A stretch of DNA of 64,000 bases from Sphagnum compactum (taxonomy: Eukaryota): contig OZ234494.1 of the NCBI GenBank assembly GCA_965153455.1, positions 496,001 through 560,000 on the forward strand, written 5' to 3'. The position numbers and the translations under genes are program-made. Below the pieces are notes generated by a model, which searched no databases, had not been told where the DNA came from, and saw only the letters and a list, made by a program, of their open reading frames with translations. This document shows positions 15,401 to 27,664 of this stretch, piece by piece (position 1 is the stretch's first letter; each line of letters begins with the position of its first letter).

Positions 15401-17476
15401 AAAATATTGAGAAAAAAAATTAGGTACAATATGAATTTTTTTCTCTATCTTGGGGGCATTACATTTTAATAAAATCATCCAATGGATATGCATTACCTTT
15501 ATGAGGGCAATGTGATGATTATTTTATAATTATTAATAATTTTTTGCAAGTTGTGCTTAGTGTTGAGGGTATGGCACAGGGTTGAACTCTAATAGTTGTG
15601 AGAAAGTTCAATGATGGTATTGCAAGAATGGTTAGATCACTGTATTGATGTGGCTTGAGTTAAAATATCAAGTTCATTTGCAATGCCTTCATATGGGTAC
15701 GTGTTGCAACATAATTTAATTGTTGAGTTTTATGGAATTACAAAGAAGAAATCCAGTTTTATAGTTGCAATACCCTCATTTGGGTCATTGCAACATAGTT
15801 TTCAAGAGTTGCAAAGTTGCAAGGTTTGGTAGGAAGGTAGGAAGGGGCGGTAGAGCAAACTACCTCATATATTGCAATATCCTCAGCAACCTTTGTGTCG
15901 TCATTGCCTTGGTGGAGATTTAGTACTTAGGTACATAAGTAGATAGGTTGATGAGTAAAACCCATGAACAGAAAACCCTAGATTTCACTGAAATTTGATG
16001 ACAACCAACAATCACAAGGAGAATTTCACAGAGGAAAAGAGTCCTAAACCCGGGATGCTTTCAGTACCCTCCTGTCTACTATGTCTTGAATGATTTGAAG
16101 ATCTAGGGCTATTCTTGTTTGGACATTGCACACACCACTCTGGACACTCCTTGATACAATGCACAATTTCATTGGACAGACAAGATGGCAATCCTCCCTC
16201 GGCTTGTGGGATGGATTGGTTTTCACAGCTGAAGCACATTGCACAGCAAACCTGAGCCACACTGTCGGCACAACCGAGTCAAGCTCAGTGGCAGAGGGCC
16301 AGCAGGGCTTTCACCTTGCACACCAGTGAGATGGTTTTTGGAGTGGGTCTGTCTGTGTGATGGTTGCAGCAAAGGACCTTGTGCACTACATTTCATCTCT
16401 TGTAGGTTTTAAAGGTGAGTGATTGCAGCTCAGTGAGCTTTGGAGTATTGAGCTCTGGAGAGGTTTTGCCATGGGTTTTCAAACAAAGTGTGCAACAAAG
16501 AGGATTACTACTTTACACTGGATAACTTTATTAAATCAAACTTTACATTAAAAAAAAAGGTCATAACAACAAGTTCATGAAGATGTATGATCATGGCAAG
16601 TGAATTTGTAATATATTAAGTTTTCCATCACACATTAAATCAGAGTTTGCATTAAAAAAAAACTCTCGAAATTGTATCTTCTCAAGAAGTTCTCAGGATA
16701 TGCGACTTTGCATTAACTTCTTGCTCACACATTCAATCAAAGTTCAGCATCAAAAATGTCGCAAAAACAATGTAGAAGAAGATGTATACATGTCAATTGA
16801 CTTTGTATGAACTTTTTGGTCACACATTAAATTAGACATAATTTTTAAGCTCACAAGTTACAAGAGACTCTCATGAGCTTCTGATCTTCTCAAGATTTTG
16901 TATTAATTTTTTGGTTGCACATGAAATTTTAGGAAAATTTACAAGGAAATATTCATCTCCCATTCATGCAATTTCAATGAAATCAATTGACTTTTTTATT
17001 AGCTTTTTGATCTGCATTAAATCAGACAGAATTTCATCTGAAAGAGTTACAATCTGTAGACTCTCATCTCTTCCCAAGAAATTCGAGCATGATTTTGTAA
17101 ATTGATCTAATTTCAATTGCACATGAAATGAAATGAGATGAATTTCAGCAACAAGACTGGCAAGGAAATATTCATCTGCCACCATTTTTGGTCCACCCAT
17201 TCATGCATTTTCACCCACAACAATACTCATGATATGCTCACGGAGCTCATCAAGACTCTAATCTAGTTTTGCAGTGTGTTTTACTGAACAAAAAATTTTA
17301 GCTGCTTGAGGTTTTTGCCAGTTTCATGATGATCTCAGCATCAGGTTGTGACTGCGAGAGAGAAAGAGTCCAAGATGATCTCAGTATCTGATTCTGAGAG
17401 AGAGAGAGAGAGAGAGAATCCAAGATTCAAGAGTCCAAGATTGTGCTTTTGTGTTTGTTTTTTGGGGGTTTTCTTG

Positions 17477-19033
17477 TCAAATCTCCACAACACATGAGGT
17501 GAGAATCACTCCCTGGAATTTCTTGCCCGGTCTCAAAAACTCCCATTTTCCCCTGAAGAGATTTGTTGCAGTTGGAGAGATTTTCAGCTGCTGCTCATGA
17601 TCCTGCAGTTGCTGCTCCTCATGATCTTCTGGTGCTGGTGATGGGTGGTGGTGCTTCAGCTTCATCTTCTTCCTGGAACTGCTGGGACTAGTAGTTGATG
17701 ATCTAGTGTTCTTTGTACTGCAGCTCATCGTGGGAGTCGATGCAGCTGCTGCTGCTGATCTAGTGTTGTAGATCAAAGAGGTGAAAGAGTTGGTATCTTT
17801 GTTCTGAGGTCCAGTGACAAACAGCTTGTGAGAACCCAAAGCTGAGATACAAACGGGTGCAATGATGCTGTCGTCTCCCTCAGGCAGAACATCAAGTAGT
17901 TGCCACTCGTCTGTCTCTGTAGAGTAGCAAACCAAGTCTCGCTTGTGGAATCCAAAGAGCGGCAGAAGAGTTCTCCCTCGACGTAGTTGTTGAGCCGTAG
18001 TAGTAGCAGCCGCTGTACTAGTACTAGTACTAGTACCGGCAACGACAACAACATTGTTGTTGTTACAGTGCAGATTTGTTCGCGTCATTATAGTATTAGT
18101 CCTTGCACCAGCATCCGCAGCGATTCTGCTGCAACGACTTGCACTAGATGATCGAGTACTGCAAGAAGAGCTGGACCTTGATATAACGCCTGCTGCTGCA
18201 TGCGTGAAGACGATGTCAGTTCGAGTCCATTTGTTCAACTTCGGTTTGAAAATCTCGGAAGAACGCACAAACTGCAGGCATTGATGTGAAGCTGCAGATC
18301 TTAATTGGTTGTTATATACATTTCCGCTGACCACGTAAAACTCTTCGTCGATAACTGCTGATGAGCATTCGTCTCTGCTGTCGTTCATGTTAGGCAGCAC
18401 TTGCCAGCAATCTCGCTCGGTGTTATACATCTCGGCTGTAGACAAAGCGTTTCTAGCGTTGTCGTGACCACCAGCCACCAGAACATAGCTACCCATGAAC
18501 GCTTGACAAGCGAAGGAGGAACGAGTGCTCGGCATGTCGGCTCCTCGTTGCCATCTTCTAGTCGCGAAGTTGAACATGTACACAGTTCTTAGCGTCTCCC
18601 ATGTACGAGGATGCCAACCTCCGACGACCAACAACATCCCATTCACAGAAGCCAAACGACAGAAGAGAGGAAGACCATAATGCGAAAACTCGGGGATGGG
18701 TGGTAGCCATTCCCAAACCTGCGATTCCTCGTCCAACATGCTGACGCCGTATGTAGGATGTTGCAGTGAAGGATGCGTTCTAGGAAGCGCTTGTAGCATG
18801 CACACGCAATGTTTTGTCACTCCTTCCTGTTTCCTTTGCTCGTAAAACTCTCTGCTGCTGACGAAGTCTCGCCACTTGCGCGAGACGCCGTGAAGGTGTG
18901 CATGGCTTTGTATGGATACTCGGCTCAAACACCTGTACGCAACTTCATCAGGCAAATCTGGAATCAACCCCTGCTGCTGATGCTCCTGCTGCTGCTGATC
19001 ATGTTTTTCTTCCTCATCTTGCTGCAGCTCCAT
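17477..19033 (-). CDS. F-box/kelch-repeat protein (KFB/KMD-like), single exon
   Basis: F-box LIPDLPDEVAYRCLSRV, then kelch blades LPLFC..VVGGWHPRTWE, WQRGADMP, VAGGHD..NAL..AEMY, RDEC. The first ATG is at 19033; the ORF track start at 19042 is a GTG. Confidence 0.92.
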   Translation of the reverse strand: MELQQDEEEKHDQQQQEHQQQGLIPDLPDEVAYRCLSRVSIQSHAHLHGVSRKWRDFVSSREFYEQRKQEGVTKHCVCMLQALPRTHPSLQHPTYGVSMLDEESQVWEWLPPIPEFSHYGLPLFCRLASVNGMLLVVGGWHPRTWETLRTVYMFNFATRRWQRGADMPSTRSSFACQAFMGSYVLVAGGHDNARNALSTAEMYNTERDCWQVLPNMNDSRDECSSAVIDEEFYVVSGNVYNNQLRSAASHQCLQFVRSSEIFKPKLNKWTRTDIVFTHAAAGVISRSSSSCSTRSSSASRCSRIAADAGARTNTIMTRTNLHCNNNNVVVVAGTSTSTSTAAATTTAQQLRRGRTLLPLFGFHKRDLVCYSTETDEWQLLDVLPEGDDSIIAPVCISALGSHKLFVTGPQNKDTNSFTSLIYNTRSAAAAASTPTMSCSTKNTRSSTTSPSSSRKKMKLKHHHPSPAPEDHEEQQLQDHEQQLKISPTATNLFRGKWEFLRPGKKFQGVILTSCVVEI

Positions 19034-22000
19034 GATGATCACTAGATCTGCAACTGTAGTAGTACTACTACTTCTTTATCCGACTACTTCTTCCACTGCT
19101 GCAGCAGTCGTGGGATGATAATAATCTCTTCAGGCAGATCTAGTCTGGAATCAACCTCTCATGCTCATCTTCTTGCTCCTGATCTTGCAACTCCATGATC
19201 AGTAGATCAACTGTACTACTTCTTCGGCTGCTGCTGCTCCTGATGCAGATCTCTTCACGACAACAACGTCACAACCCTAGCAACCAGACCAGCTGCAAAA
19301 CTGCATGATATTTTTGAATCCAGACTGCAACAACAACAACAACAACAACACAACAAGAATCAAACCCACTCCAACAACAAAAATCCTCAACAAAAACAAC
19401 AACCCACTGCAATCAATCGAGAGAAAGAGAGAGAGAGAGAATTCTCAAGCAATTGTCGAACTCTCAATCGCCTTCATCATCTCCTCTCAAGAGCCATCCT
19501 CTCCTCTGGAGAGGACCGAGGAATCGGTTCAGGCCCGGTTCCGGTGGGTGGAATCAGCTTCTTTCCAAGTTTTTCTTCTTCTTTTCAGGAATCGATTCCA
19601 GGACAAGGAAGAAAGAAAGAAAAGGAGAAAAAGGAAAGTCGTCAGGATTCCAGAGATAGATTCCAGCACGCCAAAGAAAGAAAGAACCAAATCAAAGAAA
19701 GAAACAAAAAGACAAAAAGAAATGAAACAAAAGTCATCAAGATTCCGTAAAGATAAAAACGAACCCCCCAAAAAAAGATGATGAGGTGGGAGGTGTGAAA
19801 GTCAACAGTTCCAATTTCTCACAAATAAGGGAATAATTAATTAATTAAAAAAAGCATCTAGTACCTACTTTAATTAATTAATTAATTAATATTTAGGTGA
19901 TTGCAAGCAAGATATTTTGTACATATTTATTCAGTTTTTTACTAAGTGAAAACACCTCCCAAAAAAAAAAAAAAAAAAAATTCACCTTGTTCTAACATTT
20001 CAAAACAAATGAAATTTTGAATTTTTTTATAAATATTTTAAACGTTCTTTTAACTTTTTAAAATAATTTGTGTCATGTCATTTGAACTTTAAAAAATATT
20101 TCAAAAATATCTCCAACCATTATATCATTTTTCAAAGATTCAAAAATATTTTAATTATAAAAATAAACTTCATTAACCAATATATATATATAGAAATGTT
20201 CAACGCATCAATATTGAGATACTTGGAAAAAACAAAAAATCAGATATTTATAAAAACATTTCATTTATTTTCAAACATTTGAACTTTATTTTTTTAATTG
20301 TCACAAATTTTATTTAGGTACAATTCAAGTACTTGTAAATATTTTTTAAAAAACATGATTATAAAAATTTAATTTTTGAAATTCATGAAAATAAAAATTA
20401 AAAGATTAATATGCCCAAAAATATACGTTATAATTTCATACAAAATATCTATCTACTTGTTAGTTTTTTTAAATTTTCAAATCCCAACATTTTGTTGTTT
20501 ACATTATTTATGTATATTCCATTATGTAAAGTAGTGAAAAATATTAGATCTTTGTGATGGTAAAATGGATGCTTATTATATACTAAGTTCTTTTTAGATT
20601 CTTATACACTTAGGTTCTCCAACCCACTTGGATCTTCAAGTACTTAGTAATGGAACCTTTACTATTTTTTAAGAACTTAAACATCACAACTTTTGAAAGC
20701 ATGTTCCTAATGTATCAATTTTTTTGTCCCAATAGTAAGAAAGACTTTGTGCAATTGTGAACAATTATTTTTGAAAAGGTAAGTATCCAAAGCTACCATT
20801 CCAAACCCTAAACCCTAAACTATTGATAGTGGTACAAGAGTCATGGGACCAACCACTTATGCATTTGGGTACCCCAACTTTATGGTACCCGAACATGTAT
20901 TTTTTTACTTGGTAAAAATCTATTAATTTTTGCATTATTGTTGCCTTCTTCCTTCTAAAGGTTTTTATCCTCATTTCCATTTTTATTTTTCTTACAAAGC
21001 ATCATGAACATGAAATACTTACTAGTTAGGAACTTCAACACTTGCCTATGGGCTGATTGGAATAAGTGATTGTTGAATAAAAAATTTTGTATATGTGATA
21101 TTATACTATGCAAGGTTGAATGACATTTGGCTTCTCTAAAATGGGGCAAGCCTTAGGTATGGGTCCTAGGTAGATGGATAGGAACTTGATTCTCCCTCCC
21201 CCCCTTCCCCCCCATTACAAAATCACAATGTCATTTGGTTTTTGACTAGTTTTTGGGACCCATCACAAGTGGGCATGTCTTTACTTTTAAGCTTTGCTAT
21301 TGACCTTAAATGCAAAAAGCCTTTTATATGTCATGAGGTTTTGTCACTTAGTAGTAGTGACAAGAGTTTCACCCATTGTTCTATCAAGAAGATTAGCCAA
21401 CCCAAAACCTTTTTGAACTTTACTCATCTTCTCCCCCAATTTGCACCCTTGTAAATAACCATTGACCCACCACCCACACCCACAAACATGCTTTTTTTGG
21501 CCAAAACATGCCAATGGTGGTACACTCACCATTGGGTCATTGCATGTGGTGCTTCTTCCTACTTGGTGCTTGGCTAGTAGGAAAGCCAAGCCCCCATGAT
21601 AATAATAGGCACAAGGCATTGACTTGCAACTTTTAGAAGTTCATTTGCACTCGCTTGCATACATGATGACCATTTCATGAAAAGAGTGAGATGTGTGTGT
21701 GTTTTTTTTCATATGTAGATTTCTTTTTTTGAGTGAATAGAAGTTTTTGTGTTTCTTTTTTTGTTTTTTCTTTTTAAATTTATTTTTATTTAATTTATGA
21801 TTGGGGTCAACACAAGTGAAATCTCAACTACACAAATGTTAAGCATCCAAGTGAATTTTAAGACAAAAAAAGGCATTCTTTATACACCCCTTTGAGAACC
21901 ACGAAAATGGTATTATTTTTCAAGACATCATAATATCAAACCATATAGGTACTAGTTACAAACATATGTCCAATTTTATTTCATTTTAAAGATTGAAAAC

Positions 22001-23179
22001 CCACCCAATAAAACTTGTTGGAACATAAATAAATGAACATGATATTGATGAATTATTTATTTGTGAATTTTCATCGTCCAACATATATATGTCCATTTGA
22101 GCAAATGAGATGGTGAGGTGAAGATCGAATTCATGCACACCTACGTAAAAGCCCTTATTGTCTAATCTTTCAAAGCACCAAGCAATTTCTATGGCTTAAT
22201 ATCCTTCTCTTTTTAATCCCTCAAGACCTCCTCTAGTCTATGTAGAGAGTGGCTTGTAGAGCATAAAATCCCCTCGGGCTTTTTTTAATTAAATGGAAAG
22301 TTTTGCTCTTGTGGGCATTTCCAAATTTCTTTGGGTAAAGCCCACGACCGCGTCACCTAGGCACAACCCCCCTTGACACCAATGGTGGTGCAATTGCAAT
22401 GTGTATTGACGAAGAGTCCAAAAACTACATGGGTTGAAACTCGAAACAATATTTAATAATTTTTTGGTCCATGAATACATACGTGGTTTACTCTTGGCAT
22501 ATGATAATGAATTTTGGATTGGCTTTACACCGAGGAGTTTTTATTTGTGTCATCGGTGATGATGATCGACCCCCCACCCTCGACCCCGCCCACCCACCCC
22601 CCCAAGTCAAACACAAGCTCTCATACATCCTGGAATTTTTTTTAAAAAATTAAATATCCAAAATTATCTCCCCCTAAACCCTAAACCCTAAACCCGGCCA
22701 CTTGCCGGCGACTAGGTAGGTAGATGCATGCGAGTGGTTAATACTTAACCATGGTTAGTTGTGGGACAAAAATACAATGAAAAAGTGTTTTTCTGTCCGT
22801 ACACCATCCATCTTGCTATGGTGTGCTAGTGGGTGCTAAGTTGCCAATAGATGCCAAATGGTCTTTGGTCAGCATATATTGGAGGAACAAAGGAAACCAA
22901 AGACTTGACTAGGGATGATATAAGTATGTAAAAGCACCTTAAAAACAACCGTCTATGGACATTGAATTGTACCCAACCAACAACTACTATGGCCTCACAT
23001 AAGCATTCAAATATATGTGAATGAATAAGCGAATATTGTGGTATTTTTTTCCAATTTTTTTTGTAGTGTAGCAACATTGACAAACAAGCAGATTTTCAAC
23101 TTCATTGGCAAAACTTTTATACAAATTGTATGTGTACTTTGAATTGTGCCTTACCATAGCATCCTCATAACCATTCAAA

Positions 23180-23560
23180 TATGCTTATGAATAAGTGACC
23201 AATTTATTTATGTTTTCAATTTTGTAGTGTAGCAATAGTAATGAGGCTAGTAATATGCTTCTAAATAAGTGACCAATTTACTTAATTTTTTCAATTTTGT
23301 CGTGTAGCAATAGTGATGAGGTGAATAATATGCTTATAAATAAGTGACCAATTTACTTGTTTTTTCAATTTTGTAGTGTAGCAATAGTGATGAGGTTAAT
23401 AATATGCTTATAAATAAGTGACCAATTTACTTGTTTTTTCAATTTTGTAGTGTAGCAATAGTGATGAAGTTAATAATATGCTTATAAATAAGTGACCAAT
23501 TTACTTATTTTTTCAATTTTTAGCTTAGCAATAGTGATGAGGTTAATAATATGCTTATAA
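23180..23560. repeat. ~74-bp tandem repeat, about 5 copies
   Basis: AATAAGTGACCAATTTAC..TTTTGTAGTGTAGCAATAGTGATGAGG units start at about 23190, 23264, 23339, 23413 and 23488. Confidence 0.92.
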
Positions 23561-23699
23561 ACAAGATCTGCAAACAAAGAAAAACAAGGTGAAATTTGGT
23601 GACTTCCTTTTCTTTTTTTAAAATGAAATTTTCAAAAGAAAGAATGAATGAATTTTAATTTATTTAGGTTATTTCAAAAGGTTTTTAGAGGAAGGCCAC

Positions 23700-25600
23700 C
23701 AAAGCCCTTTGTTGACCACACTATGTTAACACATCAATGAAGAAAATCACCTATTTATTGTTGTAAGCAATTAAAAACTTCAACAACAAAGGAAAGAAAC
23801 ACATTTGTTGAATGCTGATCATGATAAAATCCTTCCTTTACTTAAGCTACCATTATCAGTGTCACCTCATGAAATGAAGCAACCCACACAACCAAATTTA
23901 CTTGAGTGGGATCAGCAATGATAACATTGGTCAAAGTGTGGATGCCATCAATCAATAACATGATATCAACTTATCAATGAAAAGATTAAAGGGATAGACA
24001 ACAAAAGGACATAAATTTGTTAATATGAAGCATGAAACCTCACACCTCTCATGATGAAGGTGAAAGCATCATAAGTGGCATCATGGGATGTAGTCTGTTA
24101 CCCCGTAATGGGAGCAATGAAAAAAATGGGTCGCTGCTAGATCCAAAGGTTGGCCACAAATGCATTAAATCAACTCGAGAGCTCAAGGATGGGGGAGGCC
24201 CAACATGGTGCATAACGCAAAAAAGAAAACATTCAAGGCCAAACAAAAAGATGGAATGACAAAACAAATAAAAAGTCAAGCACCCACCACCCAAGCCAAT
24301 GTAAGACTTTAAGCACACATGATGTTAATCAAAAGACATGTCAAAGATAATGTTGAAAAGGAAATGGTTGTGTAATTTATTATTAAACCTTTCCTAAAGG
24401 CAATCTACTCCCCTATCTACAAACTATGCAAAGGGAAAAACACAAGTTGTCACATTTGGGGGAGGGAGCTTTTGCTCCAACCTCAAATGGACCTAAAGAG
24501 GTAATAGACCAAAATTGTTAACATGTATCACCTCCAATAAGAATGGGCAACTATCTAATAGGAATCTAGGGGTGATGATTTGGGCAATCCAACAATTCTA
24601 GGGTTAAAATACACCCAAAAACTTTTATGAAAGTTACATCAAAAGAAGCGAACCTATGTTGAAAAGTTGATAAAGGAGGGAATGAATGGAATAAACAAGA
24701 AAGTCTATGGGCAAAACATTAAGAGAGTATTCTGAAAGCTACTTGGACATCCCCTAACCTTGAAAGCACATCTAGATGACAAACATCTTCATTCAACACG
24801 TCCTACAAAAAGGACTAGAAACAAAGCAAATGGAATGCCCAAAACCCTGATGCCATTTGAAAGGTAACAAAAATTAATTGGAATAAAAAAACTAAGAAGC
24901 AAATTAGAAGGTGACCAAGTCAAACACTTCTGAAGCTGGACCACAAGCCCCATAAAGGGCCAACTAAGACATATAATGTTCAAAAACAAAAAGAAACAAG
25001 AAAAGCAAGGCCAATGATGTGAGTGTCATTAATTAAGAAAGGAAAACCCTTGTGGAACATCATAATGAATGAAAATGGGCTAACATAAAAAGAGACCCAA
25101 TCAAGAGATCACTCTAATGCATGCCCACCAAAGAATGGATGATGGAAATTCCTCAAACTCCTAAAAAATGGCTCTCCAAAAAATGGTGTTGAAAACATCT
25201 CCTGTAAATTGCTTGCTAAAAACCATCACATGCATGTATTAGTCTCCTTATGACTAGTTGCACAACCCCGAGGTGGAGGAGAAAACACTAATATGGGAAA
25301 AATAAAAATAGATGTTAAGTAGCCATGTTGGATGGGTCCAAGCCAAATGATTCAGAAGAACACGAAAGGATAAATGTATTTCCCACCTCAAAATCGAAAG
25401 GATGCCTACATACAAATGAAGTCGAAAAAGACCCCAATGGAAAGCCTTGAAGGGGTCCAAAGCTAAAACCCAAGCCCAAGTCAAAGGTGAAGGAAAAAAG
25501 GCCAAAAAGGAATCTAAAAACCCTTACTCACTAGGTGAAAAAACCTAAAAAGCTTGACAATGCTTCTAATGACGAGCTCATGTCATGCTACAAAAACAAA
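23700..25600 (-). mobile_element. Degenerate non-LTR retrotransposon (RT + CCHC + restriction-like endonuclease; CRE/R2-like)
   Basis: Minus-strand fragments in order: GMH*SDLLIGSLFMLAHF (QGDPL motif, ~25100), FPFLINDTHIIG (YADD-type, ~25030), GIRVLGIPF (~24840), CICGQPLD..HFFHC (~24130), TLTNVIIADPT (~23920). Many stops and frameshifts. Confidence 0.75.
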
Positions 25601-27664
25601 GTTTTATAGCCAAAGCATGGGACATCACACTATATAGGAGGCCCCATAAGAAAAAGACTTTAAAATTAACTCCCGTGTCTCGAAAGGGGATGAAAATGAA
25701 ATAGACCAAAAATTAGGAACCTACACCATTTTCGTGTTCCATTTCAATACAATCAAAACTCTTGTGTTTCATTTTTGCAATTCATTTGAAAAGGAAAGAA
25801 GGCACATATGCACTAGGCTCTTCAAAATTAAGAAACACTCATAAGGTTATTCACCCAAAAGGTTCGTCATTCCAAAATTGTGTAAGGTGCCCGTCCTTTT
25901 GGGCTAGGGTGAACCAACACCCATGTTATCAACCTTCATCTTTTTGAGTGAGGCCTCTTGGTGGCCATATTAAACGCAAAAAATTGTTAGATTTGAAGTT
26001 AAAGACCTTGATTTAGTCTAAACATGGGATATTTGTAATATTTTTAAATAATTCAAATGGGTACATTTTTTTTCATAAAGAAACCTTATATGTGTTTTAC
26101 ACATTAATTATGTTGGCAATAGGTTGCAACTAGAATAGAAACATCACCTTTAGCTACCACTTCAAGCAATACCCTTATTCAAGTAAGGGCCTACTACTTG
26201 GGCCTTCTTTAGAATTGCAACCTCACTTTTCATGTTTCACCATGTGTTATGATAATGAGACATTTTATAACACGAGGATTATTATGTGCCAAAATCTTAA
26301 TGGAATGCCACTAGCAAATTAATACCATTCATTCTCTCATGACAAATGAACAATGAGAAGATCCATTTCGTAAGACCAAATCCACACAAATTATTAACTC
26401 AAATGAAGGCCGCTAGAGAACCCTATGTTTATCGTTTGTTGTTTAGCATTGGATTTGGGTTATAATGAAAACCAAAGGAGCTCTATCAAGTCCTTTATGT
26501 GTTTTGTTTTTTCCATTAGTGGCCCCTTTTTGAAAGCTTTCATATCACAAGTATTCCCATGATTTTTAACCACCATTTTGAAACCTTTTTTATCAAGTAC
26601 TCCAAGATTTTTAGGCGGCCTTTGAAGGAAGAAAATCTCACAAGTTTCGCATGATATTTAACATGGAAAGTAAGTACATCATGGCGCAAAATCTCCATTG
26701 ACTCAAGAAAGCTCTCAAAATGGCAAATGCACAATCACAATAACTTCATCAGAACTTGTCATAATATCTTTTCCATGAATCAACAAAAGGGAGTTTAAAC
26801 ATCCATACAAGCCACAAGGCAAATTGACAAGAAGCCCATACATAAACAATCGGACTAAGTGGCCAACTACTACTAATAAGCTTAGGAGGTGGCAATGGAA
26901 AGTTTCTCATTTTACGAAAATAACTAGTCATAATAATGCTTTCAAATCATAGTGTTCAACTAATGGATACGTCAAACTATGGACCCACACTTCGAAATCA
27001 ACTGTGTTTCATCTTAAAATCTTCATTGCATAACAAAAGATGCAAAATGCAGGGCTCACAAGGCGACTTTTTGATTATCTTATGTCCACCACCACATTGT
27101 GTATGTATGTCAAGTAGTAAACTTAGTTTTCCATGTTTTAAAAAAAACATCAGGCTCAAGTTATCTCTACCTCTTTAAAATTTAATTATGTTCAATATTG
27201 CAAGATTCTAACCACATTCCAATGCAGTTTTTGGGCTTTTTAAAAAGCTTGGAAAGTCAAGCTTTGGTTTTAATTTAATCAAATTTGTGCACTTTGGTTT
27301 GTACATTTTGATTCTCCTAACAAATGAATAAGAAATAAGGTTCAGTTGCTCATGTGGAAGTAGGAACCCAAATTAAATTATACTTCAAAGGATGTTAACT
27401 ATTGCCTTGATCTGCCTGGCACATCTTTTAAAGATGCTAAGTTTTTTGTTATCTAGCCACAACATGAAAAGTTGAAAGTGACATGGACATGGCATGGAGG
27501 ATCACGTGCAAATTGCAATGTCAAAGATGATGACATTCGTAACAAGGTCTGTCATCAGCAGCTGATTACACAGCTGATTACAGAAGACAATTTATTCCCT
27601 TTCTGTTATCAGCTGCTAATGACAACCAATGTTGACATACAACCTTTTTGAAACCCTGTGCTGG

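Noticed and set aside
16012-16480. Cys-rich short ORFs in a GC-richer island
   Set aside because: Interrupted by stops, with no recognisable motif.
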